Shown: piece after piece, positions 9,638 to 19,099 of the stretch
Numbering within the stretch: the stretch's first letter is position 1
Layout: each line of letters opens with the position of its first letter
Assembly: GCA_050015395.1 (NCBI GenBank)
Contig: JBEKBM010000006.1
Span: forward strand, 51,235 to 115,234
Source of the DNA: Candidatus Bathyarchaeia archaeon
Lineage (GTDB): Archaea > Thermoproteota > Bathyarchaeia > Bathyarchaeales > Bathycorpusculaceae
DNA length: 64,000 bases
Direction: 5' to 3'
Made by a program: the position numbers and the translations under genes
Notes under the pieces: generated by a model
What the model was told of the DNA's origin: nothing
What the model saw: the letters and a program-made list of their open reading frames with translations, nothing else
Databases searched by the model: none

Positions 9638-10561
9638 TTAGCTTTCTTTAAGCGGCAACTCCAATTCCATAAAATCCTCAGCCACAACTGCGTTTGCAAA
9701 CACTTTTTTCGCCTGCTCCAAAAGCAAAGTGGCATCAGGATACCTAGCGCTAATATGCGTTAAAACCAGCCGCTTAGCATTAGCCGCCTTCGCTTCCTGC
9801 GCCGCTTGACTTGGAGTTGAATGCCCATCCAGTGCTGCTTTCTCGGCTAGTGAATCGTCAAAGGTGCTCTCGTGAATAACCAGATCTGCATCTGCGGCAA
9901 ACTTTGCAAACGCTTCGAAGGGTCGGGTGTCGCCAGTGTAAACTATTTTCCGTCCAGCTCGAGGTGGCCCCATCACGTCGCTTGGCTTAACCACTCTGCC
10001 GTCTGGCAGTGTGATTTCTTCTCCACTCTGAAGCTTGGACCATAATTCACCTTGGGGAACTTCGAGTGCTTGGGCTTTTTTGGGGTAAAACTTTCCAGGG
10101 CGCGGTTTTTCCACAAATGCGTAAGCGTAACTGTCCACGGCATGGTTAGACCTGGCGGCTGTTAGGGTGTAGTCTTCTTCATCTAGAATTGTGCCTTCGC
10201 TTAGAATCTCGTTGATTTCGACTGGGAACGTTAAGCCAAAATTGAGGGTTTCTTTGGTGCAAACCAGAAAATCCTTAATCCCTGGCGGCCCGTACACAGC
10301 GACTGGCTCTTTACGGTCCATCAAAGCCATCGTCTGCAAAACGCCTGGCAAACCCAACACGTGGTCCCCATGCAAATGGGTAAGAAACACTTTTAGTTTT
10401 TTGTGGAAGCTTACTTTTGCCTGCATCATTTGCCGCTGCGTGTTTTCGCCGCAGTCAAACATCCACAGCTCCCTTGGACATTGGACAACGACAGATGGCA
10501 AGCTCCGCTTTAGGGTTGGTACGCTGCCGCTTGTTCCCAAAAACACCACGCGAATACTCAC
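9638..10561 (-). CDS. rnz: Ribonuclease Z
   Basis: FLGTSGSVPT, FDCGE, THLHGDH, exosite arm, YTGDT, HESTF, GHST, THISARY. Confidence 0.97.
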   Translation of the reverse strand: MSIRVVFLGTSGSVPTLKRSLPSVVVQCPRELWMFDCGENTQRQMMQAKVSFHKKLKVFLTHLHGDHVLGLPGVLQTMALMDRKEPVAVYGPPGIKDFLVCTKETLNFGLTFPVEINEILSEGTILDEEDYTLTAARSNHAVDSYAYAFVEKPRPGKFYPKKAQALEVPQGELWSKLQSGEEITLPDGRVVKPSDVMGPPRAGRKIVYTGDTRPFEAFAKFAADADLVIHESTFDDSLAEKAALDGHSTPSQAAQEAKAANAKRLVLTHISARYPDATLLLEQAKKVFANAVVAEDFMELELPLKES

Positions 10562-11608
10562 TTAGTCATGCACCTTCTCGAACACTGCGATTTCCCTTGT
10601 TAACGTTCTATGTACGTAGGCGAAATGGGACTCCACATGCCTATATCCCAATGCTATGCCTAACGCTTTAATGTTTAATGTTTTAGGCGAAGCAATACAA
10701 ATCCGTTGCCCCGCCCCCAACAAGCCATGCGCCGAAGCCAAAACCTCCTGCACCAACTGCTTAGTCGTCGACCGAAGCGTGCTCGATGAACGGCCATACG
10801 GCGGATCCGTAACAACGCAATCAACCCTAGTGAACGGCAACTGGCGTGCGTCAGCCCAGATTAAACCTTCAGGCGAGATATTGAAGTGTCGCAGGTTTTT
10901 TTTGCAACCCAAAACCATCCTCCTTTGAGCATCAACCCCTAAAGCTCGGCAACCGATGTAGGTGGCTTCAATAAGCGAAGTGCCCGTGCCACAGAACGGG
11001 TCCAGCACCAAATCTTCAGCTTTCGCATGCGCCAAATTCACCATGCAACGGGCAAGCTTGGATGGCATCGCTGACGGGTGGAAGAACGGTTTTCTGCGTG
11101 GCCTGCGCTCAGAGAAGGTTTTGGTTTGAATTTCGGTAAGCTTTAAGCCAAAAACGAGTTTTTCGTCTGTTACTATGCCTATGAAGGTTTTATCTGGGCT
11201 TTTGAGGTTAACTTTTGTGGCTTCTGTGCGTTGCAGTATTATTTTTCCCAGTTTTCCCTCAAGCCTCATTGTGTTGATGGCTTGGTCAGCGTAGTTTTTT
11301 ATGCGGTTTATCCGCACCGAGAAACTCTCGCCGGGTTTTAGGACAGATTTGAAGTCTATGTTGCCTGCGGCTTCAGCGATGTCTATTTCGGTGGCGTCTG
11401 ATTTGAAGAGCTCCAAGGCGCAAAGTCTCGTGAACGCGGCTCTAACATGCACCGCTTGGACGCTGCCCAGCTCTGCTTCTAACCGTAGGGTTTGGTCGAG
11501 GACTTCAGCGTTCGCATATGGGTAGCCTTCGGCTTCCAGTATTGCTTTGACTTCCGCAGCAGGCAGCGACTCGCTTTCGCCTGACAAGAGGAAAAACAGT
11601 TTAGCCAA
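10562..11608 (-). CDS. trm11: tRNA (guanine(10)-N2)-methyltransferase, THUMP + MTase
   Basis: RKPFFHP, LARCMVNL, DPFCGTG, TDPPYG, VHRTLTR. Confidence 0.9.
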   Translation of the reverse strand: MAKLFFLLSGESESLPAAEVKAILEAEGYPYANAEVLDQTLRLEAELGSVQAVHVRAAFTRLCALELFKSDATEIDIAEAAGNIDFKSVLKPGESFSVRINRIKNYADQAINTMRLEGKLGKIILQRTEATKVNLKSPDKTFIGIVTDEKLVFGLKLTEIQTKTFSERRPRRKPFFHPSAMPSKLARCMVNLAHAKAEDLVLDPFCGTGTSLIEATYIGCRALGVDAQRRMVLGCKKNLRHFNISPEGLIWADARQLPFTRVDCVVTDPPYGRSSSTLRSTTKQLVQEVLASAHGLLGAGQRICIASPKTLNIKALGIALGYRHVESHFAYVHRTLTREIAVFEKVHD

Positions 11609-12490
11609 CTATTTTTGCGCCTTAAGTTCTTGGCTTATCAGCGGCGCTAACGAAACCTTGCTTACGCTGCCGGGTACGCTGTCGGTTCCCACAATTTCCT
11701 CCACGCCCGCGTCAAGTATGCGTTTTTCTGCATCGCCAATTAGCAAGCCATGCACGCAAGCGCAGAAAACATGTTTGGCGCCCTGTTCGCGGAGGATTTT
11801 TGCTGCTCCCACAATTGTGCCGCCTGTGCTAATTATGTCGTCAAAAATGATTACGGTTTGGCCTTTAACGTTTAAGCCTTCAGCGGTCTGCTTGGTTTGT
11901 CCAGTGTAGCGGTCACGCTGCTTATCCAAACTTCCAGCATCGCCGCCTAAAACCTCCTGCGCCTGCTTCGCAATATACATCGCGCCCTTGTCAGGCGACA
12001 ATGCAAACGCGCCTTTGAAGCCCTTGTCCACGAAATACTGTGCCAGAAGCGGTATGGCACTCACTGTTTTGGCTGGAAACGGAAACTGCTTAAGCGCCTC
12101 CTCCGAGTGAATATTAACGGTTAAGAGCTCGTCGATTCCAGCAGCCTTCAGCATCCGCGCCACAGTTTCAACGCTTATGCCTTCGCCCGATAGAAACATC
12201 TTGTCCTGACGTGCATAAGCCAAGTAAGGCACAACCGCCGTGACTTTGACGGCGCCGCCTCGTTTTGCCGCGTCAGCCATGAATGCTAACTGAAAAAGCC
12301 TCCCATCCTGCATTGGAGGACACGTAGTCTGCACAATAGCCGCACTTTCGCCTTGAACGCTGCCTTCCAAACGCACATACGATTCCCCGTCAGGAAAAAC
12401 CTTGGAAGCAACAGGAACATTCCCAAAGCCAGTTAACGCTGAAACCGCTTCAGCAAGCTCCTTCGACGCTGGACCAGAGATAACCTTCAA
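11609..12490 (-). CDS. prs: Ribose-phosphate pyrophosphokinase
   Basis: FPDGE, PYLAYARQD, SPDKGA, DDIISTGGT. Confidence 0.96.
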   Translation of the reverse strand: MKVISGPASKELAEAVSALTGFGNVPVASKVFPDGESYVRLEGSVQGESAAIVQTTCPPMQDGRLFQLAFMADAAKRGGAVKVTAVVPYLAYARQDKMFLSGEGISVETVARMLKAAGIDELLTVNIHSEEALKQFPFPAKTVSAIPLLAQYFVDKGFKGAFALSPDKGAMYIAKQAQEVLGGDAGSLDKQRDRYTGQTKQTAEGLNVKGQTVIIFDDIISTGGTIVGAAKILREQGAKHVFCACVHGLLIGDAEKRILDAGVEEIVGTDSVPGSVSKVSLAPLISQELKAQK

Positions 12491-12596
12491 TTATGATTCC
12501 TCTTGCCTTTAAAATGCAAGTTCAGGTTTTAAGGCTTTATCTATCAAACGCCTTTTCCGATTAAAACGCCTTATGATTCTTTACCTGTCTAACAGA

Positions 12597-12872
12597 TTAT
12601 TTTGTGTATGCCTTCTTCCTTGCTTTTATGTCAGTAACATAAATTGTGTTATCCGATTTATTGACAAAAAATATTATTCTATACTTGCCGATTCTTAGCC
12701 TAAAAGTCTTTTCAACTCCGTGGATTTTCTCAGTGTCCATTTCTCTTAGGCTTAAAGGGTAATCTTGCAGCTTTGCAATGTGGTCTTTGACGGTTTTCTT
12801 GAGTGCTTGGTCTGTTAGGTCGTTTAAGAACTTGTGTACTTTTCGATGCGCCACTATTTTGTATTTAGGCAC
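12597..12872 (-). CDS. relE: RelE/ParE-family toxin
   Basis: FRLRIGKYRIIF...RKKAY; probable GTG start at 12872 overlapping the antitoxin stop. Confidence 0.85.
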   Translation of the reverse strand: MPKYKIVAHRKVHKFLNDLTDQALKKTVKDHIAKLQDYPLSLREMDTEKIHGVEKTFRLRIGKYRIIFFVNKSDNTIYVTDIKARKKAYTK

Positions 12873-13077
12873 TCTCAAGTTCCTCAAGCGTTACGCAATT
12901 GCCTTTTTTCATCTCTTGGATTGAGCGTTTGATTTCCTCTTTTTCCTCTTTGCTTACAGTTACCTCAGGAAGCCCTCTTACGATAACTTCCTCGATTGCA
13001 TCTTCAATAAGGCTCAATCTTTTATTCACTCGTTTGACTTCATCGTAAATCATTTCAAGCGTAACCTGAGTACCCAC
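12865..13077 (-). CDS. Cognate antitoxin (acidic, 70 aa)
   Basis: Overlaps and precedes RelE; C-terminal EEIKRSIQEMKKGNCVTLEEL typical of archaeal antitoxins. Confidence 0.75.
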   Translation of the reverse strand: MGTQVTLEMIYDEVKRVNKRLSLIEDAIEEVIVRGLPEVTVSKEEKEEIKRSIQEMKKGNCVTLEELESA

Positions 13078-13202
13078 TTTCCTTCCCTCAATAAAGACTC
13101 ATCTAAGCCGCTTATATTTTTTTCATTATTATTTACTAAAAATATGGCCATAACTTTGAAAGAAAGGCTTGCATGAGTGAATAGTGTCCAGATAAAATCC
13201 TT

Positions 13203-13363
13203 AATTTTATTGCTGCTGTTAGCGTTTGTTTCACGTTTGTTTTGGCAAACAGCGCTTGTTTTCGGCTCTTCTTTAACGTCACGCATATACATTGTTACTC
13301 GTCACGCACCTCCATAGTTATACGTCAACGAGGCAATAAAGTCATGTTTGCTCAGCATCTTTT
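13203..13363 (-). repeat. Dispersed ~160-bp repeat, copy A (inverted relative to 57118-57278)
   Basis: Reverse complement aligns by eye at roughly 80% with 57118-57278, e.g. gagtaacaatg(t/a)atatgcgtgacgttaaagaaga. Confidence 0.85.
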
Positions 13364-13366
13364 GTA

Positions 13367-13496
13367 TTAGGTCCCTTGAGTTCGTCAAGTGTTACGCAAT
13401 TGCCTTTCTTCATCTCTCGGACTGAGCGTCTAATTTCTTCTTTTTCCTATTTGCTTACAGTTACCTCAGGAAACTTTTTCACAATAATTCCTCAAT
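13367..13496 (-). pseudogene. Degenerate partial copy of the antitoxin at 12865-13077
   Basis: Clear nucleotide similarity (gttacgcaattgcc..., tgcttacagttacctcagga); GAG->TAG stop at 13447-13449; no 5' end. Confidence 0.8.
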
Positions 13497-13502
13497 TAGC
13501 AG

Positions 13503-13670
13503 TTACAGTTTTGCTTTAACTTCCAGATAACCCTCAATCGCTTCCTTGATGTTGCTTAAGGCTTCTTCTCTGGTCTTGCCTTGGCTTGCAACTGGAAGCT
13601 CCAAACACTTGACTACGAAACCGCCTTCTTCGGCAGGTTCAAGTAAAACGGTGAATTTATGAGCAACCAT
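13503..13670 (-). CDS. hicB: HicB-family protein, N-terminal domain only (55 aa; not in ORF track)
   Basis: Manual translation MVAHKFTVLLEPAEEGGFVVKCLELPVASQGKTREEALSNIKEAIEGYLEVKAKL. Confidence 0.8.
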   Translation of the reverse strand: MVAHKFTVLLEPAEEGGFVVKCLELPVASQGKTREEALSNIKEAIEGYLEVKAKL

Positions 13671-13785
13671 TAAGCAATCCCAACATCTACTTTACTTTCT
13701 AGCTTGGATATGAATATGTCTAAATTAGCGCATTACCGTTTGCATAACAGTTTTAAGCTTAACTCAATTTTCCATTAGAAAAGGA

Positions 13786-14580
13786 TTGAATTGTATGGAT
13801 ACTTGGCGTTTACTGCCGCTTCAAACCAATAATGCGTTTATGAACATGGCAATCGACGAGGCAATTCTGACTGCAAGAAAAGCGGGTAAAGTTCCTAACA
13901 CTCTGCGTTTTTATCGTTGGCAACCATCCGCCGTTAGCATTGGCAAAAACCAGAACCCTGAAGCTGAGGTTTACCTTGATGCTTGCAAACGGTTGGGTGT
14001 TAATGTGGTTAGGCGTATTAGTGGCGGCGGCACCGTTTACCATGATTATGAGGGCGAAGTCACCTACAGCGTAACCGCTAAAACCGCAGACATGGGCACT
14101 GCAGACATCACTACTGTTTACGTCAAGATTTATGATGCGATAAAGGATGCGCTTAGGCTTTTGGGAATAACTGCCGACTTCAGCAGCGGCGACGCAAAAA
14201 ACTGCCCGAACCTGACCGTTAATGGCAAAAAAATCTCAGGCAGCAGCCAAACCATAACCCGCGGCGTCGTGCTCCAACATGGCACACTATTGCGAAGTGT
14301 TGATTTGCCAAAAATGTTTATGCTTCTAAAACTAAAAAACGCCAGTTGCACTCAAGCCGCTGACATTGCAAAGCGTAAAATTACCAGCATACAAAACGAG
14401 TTAGGCCACGCTGTTATACCTGAAACAGTTGCCAATGCGCTGGCTCAGGGTTTTAGGGCGATGTTGAAGATTCAGCTTGAGCCTGGCGAGTTAACGCCTT
14501 ACGAAGTGGAGCTTACAAATAAGCTCTGTAAAGAAAAGTACGCTACTAATGTATGGAATTTTGAGGGCAAAACCGTTTAA
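13786..14580 (+). CDS. lplA: Lipoate-protein ligase A family (catalytic domain)
   Basis: NMAIDEA, LRFYRW, SIGKNQ, RRISGGGTVYHD, KKISGSSQ, LQHGTL. Confidence 0.9.
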   Translation: MNCMDTWRLLPLQTNNAFMNMAIDEAILTARKAGKVPNTLRFYRWQPSAVSIGKNQNPEAEVYLDACKRLGVNVVRRISGGGTVYHDYEGEVTYSVTAKTADMGTADITTVYVKIYDAIKDALRLLGITADFSSGDAKNCPNLTVNGKKISGSSQTITRGVVLQHGTLLRSVDLPKMFMLLKLKNASCTQAADIAKRKITSIQNELGHAVIPETVANALAQGFRAMLKIQLEPGELTPYEVELTNKLCKEKYATNVWNFEGKTV

Positions 14581-15992
14581 GCTTTTTCTTTATGCCACCT
14601 TACGCCTTGTGCTGTATCCTCAAGCACGATGCCCATTGCCTTAAGCTGCGCTCTTATGGCGTCGGCTTCTTTCCAGTTCTTGGCTTTTCGGGCTTCCTCA
14701 CGCTTCTGCACTAACGCGTCAATGTCAGCGGGCAGGGCTTCTTCCACTTCCACTTTGCCAATAACACCTAAGACCTCGTCTATCCGCATCATCAAACCGC
14801 CAACCTCTGCCGCTTCCGATTTGCTTACCATGCCTGCATCAAGCAGGTTGTTGACTTCCCGCACAAAATCAAAAAGTGACGCCAATGCTATACCGATATC
14901 CAAGTCATCATCCAGTGAACTGCCAAAGCCTGCCTCAAGCTTTGCAGTTAAAACGGCGACTTTCCCTTTGCTCTCCTTGCCCTCCGCGTCATGTAAGCGC
15001 CGAACAAAATTTCTAAGCCTATCCACTGCGCCTTTCGCGGATTCTAAGCCTTCAAAAGTGAAGTTGAACTGCTGCCGATAATGCGTAGACATTAGCAAGT
15101 ACCTGATTGCAATCGGATCATACCCCTTAGCAAGCAGATCGCGGAGCGTGTAAAAGTTGCCAAAGCGCTTAGCCATTTTTTTGCCTTCAACAAGCAAATA
15201 CTCATTATGCAACCAGCAATTCACAAACTTCTTGCCCGTCGCAGCCTCGCTCTGCGCAATCTCGTTCTCATGATGCGGAAACATGTTGTCTACTCCACCA
15301 CAATGAATGTCGAAGGTTTCTCCTAGGTACTTCATGGACATTGCACTGCATTCGATGTGCCAGCCGGGTCTGCCTTTGCCAAGCTCCGTCTCCCAAAACA
15401 CGTCGCCGTCTTCCGGCGTCCAAGCTTTCCATAGGGCAAAGTCTTGTGCTTCTTCTTTGGCGTATTCGTCTTGGCTTACTCTTGCGCCCGCCTTGAGATC
15501 GGCAGGTTTGATTTTTGAGAGTTTGCCGTAATCTGGGAACTTACTGATAGCGTAGTAGATTGAGCCGTCTTCGCCTCGGTAAGCGTAGCCTTTAGCCATC
15601 AAGGTTTTGATTAAAGCAACCATCTCGGGAATATGCTCGGTGGCTCGGGGGTAAACGTCCGCGGGTTGGATGTTTAAGGCTTTGATGTCTTCAAAGAACG
15701 CTTTCACGTAAAAGTCGGTGAACTGCTTAAGCGGCACCTGCTGCTTCTGGCTTCCCTTGATGGTTTTATCATCGATGTCCGTTAGGTTCATGACATGCGT
15801 GACATTGAAGCCTCGGTGCACAAGCCAACGCTTCAGCAAATCCTCAAACAAAAAGGCCCTGAAATTTCCAATATGAGCATAATCATAAACCGTGGGGCCA
15901 CACGTGTACATTTTCACTTTGCCCGATTCCAACGGCTTAAAAACTTCTTTCTTGCGCGTTAGCGTGTTAAAAAAACAAATGCTCGATTGCGT
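14577..15992 (-). CDS. cysS: Cysteine-tRNA ligase; true N-terminus extends upstream of the ORF-track TTG
   Basis: [33 protein letters not shown] (KMSKS-like); in-frame upstream [14 protein letters not shown]; start codon uncertain. Confidence 0.95.
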   Translation of the reverse strand, partial: TQSSICFFNTLTRKKEVFKPLESGKVKMYTCGPTVYDYAHIGNFRAFLFEDLLKRWLVHRGFNVTHVMNLTDIDDKTIKGSQKQQVPLKQFTDFYVKAFFEDIKALNIQPADVYPRATEHIPEMVALIKTLMAKGYAYRGEDGSIYYAISKFPDYGKLSKIKPADLKAGARVSQDEYAKEEAQDFALWKAWTPEDGDVFWETELGKGRPGWHIECSAMSMKYLGETFDIHCGGVDNMFPHHENEIAQSEAATGKKFVNCWLHNEYLLVEGKKMAKRFGNFYTLRDLLAKGYDPIAIRYLLMSTHYRQQFNFTFEGLESAKGAVDRLRNFVRRLHDAEGKESKGKVAVLTAKLEAGFGSSLDDDLDIGIALASLFDFVREVNNLLDAGMVSKSEAAEVGGLMMRIDEVLGVIGKVEVEEALPADIDALVQKREEARKAKNWKEADAIRAQLKAMGIVLEDTAQGVRWHKEKA

Positions 15993-16078
15993 ATTATTAT
16001 TTCTCCTTTAAAAGTTTAACTTTGAAGCCTTCCTGTTCCAAAATTTTAATTAAACGATTAGAATTTATCGGCGAAATC

Positions 16079-16303
16079 TTAGGCAAGAGCTTTCACTTTT
16101 TGTATGCCAACGACTTTTTCTTTTAGCAGATCTTTCTTCTCTTGCGCAGTTAAGGTTTCCCAGTAAAGATCTATAGCTTCTTTCGCGTTTTCCATAACTT
16201 CCGCCAATATGTCTCCCTGCGTATGGCATCCTGGCAAAGCAGGCACTATAGCGACATAGCCGCCTGTTTCGTCTTCTAGAAGTACTACATCGAAATCTCG
16301 CAT
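16079..16303 (-). CDS. hicB: HicB-family protein
   Basis: GGYVAIVPALPGCHTQGD...ENAKEAIDLY. Confidence 0.85.
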   Translation of the reverse strand: MRDFDVVLLEDETGGYVAIVPALPGCHTQGDILAEVMENAKEAIDLYWETLTAQEKKDLLKEKVVGIQKVKALA

Positions 16304-16362
16304 ACAATTCCCAACATGCTAAAGAGATGAGGGCACATATAAAAATTCTGATAACGTTAGTT

Positions 16363-17646
16363 TCAAACAAGGACGCCCTTCAGATAAGTAGCCGAAGCCT
16401 CAACAACCTCAACTGTAATCGTTTTGCCCAGCAGGTTATCTGTACTTTTTATAGCGACGGGTTTGTAAGCAAAATTGCGTCCCACCCATGAACCTTCAAC
16501 TTTGCCTTTCTCATCAACAAGCACTTCGCCAACCCAACCGACCCAACGCTGATTCCGCTCAAAAGAAACCTGCTTAGCCAACTGAGCTGCAACAGTGCTT
16601 CTGCGCTTAATTTCCTCTCGTTCAACCAAACCATCCTGGATTTGTGCTGCTGAAGTTTTGGGTCTGGCAAAAAACTTTGAAACATTAACAATATCAGGCT
16701 TAACTTCCTCTAAGAGCTTAAGCGTCTTCTCAAAAGCCTCGGCTGTTTCGCCTGGAAAACCCACAATGACATCTGTAGCAAGCGTTAAGTCGGGAAACTC
16801 TGCCCTAAACGCCTCCACAATGCCCTTGAATTGCTCAGCGGTGTAAAATCTTCGCATACGCTTCAACGTCTCGTCATCGCCGCTTTGTACTGGTAAATGC
16901 AAAAACTTGAACACTTTATCACTCCTAAAAGCCTCAACAAGGCGGTTTTTCATGTCAGTGACCATGTTCGGCGTCATCATGCCAACACGAACCTTAAAAT
17001 CACCAGCTAAACCATCAAGCGCTTCCAGCAACTCCGCAAGGTTACTGCCTAAATCTCTTCCATAGCAAGCTGTATCCTGCGAAGTTATCCAAAACTCCCT
17101 GGCGCCAGCAGCAAAATCGCTTTGCACACGCTCAGCAACTTCCTTTATGCTGTAGCTTCGCAGGTGACCACGCGCAAAAACAACACAACAGTACGCACAA
17201 GAACCCAAACAACCATAATTCACGGGGACGACGCTTACGACGGGATTAGACTTAACTCTTGGAAGATCAAGCTTTGGCTTAGCGTCCAAACCACCCAATT
17301 CCACAACTTTCTCGCCATCCAAAACACGGGAAACCACATCCACAATTCCTTTGCCGACCGCTGGACCCACAACGCCATCAAAGCGAGCTTCACGCATCAA
17401 CCGCTCAAAACTAATCATGGGCAAACAACCTGCAACAATAAGCTTCTTGCCCTTTGGTGCACGCTTCAAAGCGTCAATAATGCGGTTCTCCGTTGGACCC
17501 TTCACAGCGCAGGTATTGTAGATTAGCACGTCAGCTTCAGCTTCCGATGCCGCCAGTTGAAAGCCAGCTTGCGCTAGGCAACCTGCCAAAACCTCGCTAT
17601 CAGCCATATTCGCCGAACAGCCAAAGCTTCTAACGAAAACCTGCAA
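16363..17646 (-). CDS. mtaB: tRNA t6A37 methylthiotransferase (archaeal MtaB/MiaB-like radical SAM)
   Basis: FGCSAN, NTCAVK, AGCL, GCLGSCAYC, HLPVQSG, IVGFPGE, C-terminal TRAM domain. Confidence 0.88.
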   Translation of the reverse strand: MQVFVRSFGCSANMADSEVLAGCLAQAGFQLAASEAEADVLIYNTCAVKGPTENRIIDALKRAPKGKKLIVAGCLPMISFERLMREARFDGVVGPAVGKGIVDVVSRVLDGEKVVELGGLDAKPKLDLPRVKSNPVVSVVPVNYGCLGSCAYCCVVFARGHLRSYSIKEVAERVQSDFAAGAREFWITSQDTACYGRDLGSNLAELLEALDGLAGDFKVRVGMMTPNMVTDMKNRLVEAFRSDKVFKFLHLPVQSGDDETLKRMRRFYTAEQFKGIVEAFRAEFPDLTLATDVIVGFPGETAEAFEKTLKLLEEVKPDIVNVSKFFARPKTSAAQIQDGLVEREEIKRRSTVAAQLAKQVSFERNQRWVGWVGEVLVDEKGKVEGSWVGRNFAYKPVAIKSTDNLLGKTITVEVVEASATYLKGVLV

Positions 17647-17863
17647 GGGTCATGTATCACCAGCACGTAAGAAGCTTCAACAAGAGATAAAAACATAAAT
17701 GTTTCTTAACAAAAATTGACAGAAACCTGCAACCTAATCCATTAAAAGCTTATAAGCACAGGAACGAACATGTTATAAGCATATTTAAGGCATGATATAT
17801 AGAACTATAGCCAACGACCCATTGCTTGTTTTATTAACTCACTAATTGGGAGAGATAACTAAA

Positions 17864-18019
17864 ATGAAATTGATCACTCTGTATCTGCCTGAAACGTATA
17901 TAAAAGCTTTGGACCAGTTGGTAGACGAGAGATTCTATCCTAACCGTGCCGAAGCCATCAGGGTCGCAATTCGAGACTTAATCAGTGCTGAGGTATGGAG
18001 GCGTAAGGGCGTTGACTAA
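17864..18019 (+). CDS. Ribbon-helix-helix regulator, CdrS/CopG-like (51 aa; not in ORF track)
   Basis: Manual translation MKLITLYLPETYIKALDQLVDERFYPNRAEAIRVAIRDLISAEVWRRKGVD; [YF]PNR[AS]EAIR motif. Confidence 0.85.
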   Translation: MKLITLYLPETYIKALDQLVDERFYPNRAEAIRVAIRDLISAEVWRRKGVD

Positions 18020-18299
18020 GCATTTACATGACGAAGCACTAAAGCCACTGGGCATTGATGATGCGAAGGTTGAGGTTGCTCCAAAAATCATTGACAACTC
18101 AATGGTAATTGGCGGTCCACACATAGTCCGTAAACCAAAAAACAAAATGAACGTCAGGATGGTTAAAAATAAAGTGCCCCTTAAAAGAACAAGCAGACTG
18201 GAGAAAGCTACACAGTGCCTCTATGACTTAGAAGAAGCCCATGAACCTGAAAAACCCTTAAACATCGACCTCGGCCTCTACCAAATGGAAGATTACTAA
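18012..18299 (+). CDS. Hypothetical protein, possibly an FtsZ C-terminal remnant
   Basis: TTG start overlapping the RHH stop; C-terminal LYDLEEAHEPEKPLNIDLGLYQMEDY; T-rich tract downstream. Confidence 0.5.
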   Translation: MTKHLHDEALKPLGIDDAKVEVAPKIIDNSMVIGGPHIVRKPKNKMNVRMVKNKVPLKRTSRLEKATQCLYDLEEAHEPEKPLNIDLGLYQMEDY

Positions 18300-18388
18300 C
18301 CATCAATTCCTTCCTTGTTTTTGCCCTCAACTTTTATGTAAACAATATTTAGAAAAAGCTATTATTCATAAAAAACCGCTTTATCGGC

Positions 18389-19099
18389 ATGAACAATATC
18401 CTTGCTCAAATAAGAGAAGAACTAAAAGCTAACACAGACCCGCAAACACAAAGAAGTTTTCAGCGCTTCTTTAAAGAACAAGTAAAATTCTACGGGGTTA
18501 AAACTGAAGTTGTTGGCAAAATAGCCAAAAAATACTGGAAACAACTAAAAACTCTGGACAAGCAAACAATTTTCAAGTTATGCGAAGAGCTTTTCCGTTC
18601 AGACTACACTGAAGAAGCGTTCATAGTTTCCTTCTGGCTGCCCAACTACATTGAGCACCTTGAACCAAGCGATTTGGCAACATTCAAGATGTGGATTGAA
18701 CGGTACATTAATAATTGGGCTAAATGTGACGGCTTCTGCAACCACACCATCGGCGACTTAATCCAGAAGTACCCCGAAAGCTTAAGCGAAGTGAAAAGCT
18801 GGGCTACAAGCGGTAATCGTTGGCTTAAACGGGCTGCGGCTGTGTCGCTTATTGTTCCAGCGAAAAAAGGCGATTTCAAGCAAGAAGCCTTCGAGATATG
18901 TGACCTGCTGTTGGACGATGAAGACGATATGGTGCAGAAAGGTTATGGGTGGCTGCTTAAAGAGGAAAGCCGAAAGCACCAAAAAGAAGTTTTCGACTAC
19001 GTCTTTAAAAACAAGAAGATTATGCCTAGAACAGCTTTAAGGTATGCTATTGAATTGATGCCTAAAGAGTTCAAGGTACAGGCAATGAAGAAGGATTGA
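18389..19099 (+). CDS. alkD: DNA alkylation repair protein (AlkD-like)
   Basis: YGVKT, NNWAKCD, RWLKRAA, MVQKGYGWLLKE, PRTALRYAIE. Confidence 0.9.
   Translation: MNNILAQIREELKANTDPQTQRSFQRFFKEQVKFYGVKTEVVGKIAKKYWKQLKTLDKQTIFKLCEELFRSDYTEEAFIVSFWLPNYIEHLEPSDLATFKMWIERYINNWAKCDGFCNHTIGDLIQKYPESLSEVKSWATSGNRWLKRAAAVSLIVPAKKGDFKQEAFEICDLLLDDEDDMVQKGYGWLLKEESRKHQKEVFDYVFKNKKIMPRTALRYAIELMPKEFKVQAMKKD

Noticed and set aside
13050-13292. ORF sharing MRDVKE with 57190-57375
   Set aside because: Similarity comes from the dispersed DNA repeat; the frames diverge after a few codons.
14629-15081. Antisense ORFs inside cysS (and similar shadow ORFs throughout the track)
   Set aside because: They overlap well-supported genes on the opposite strand or frame and have no independent motifs.
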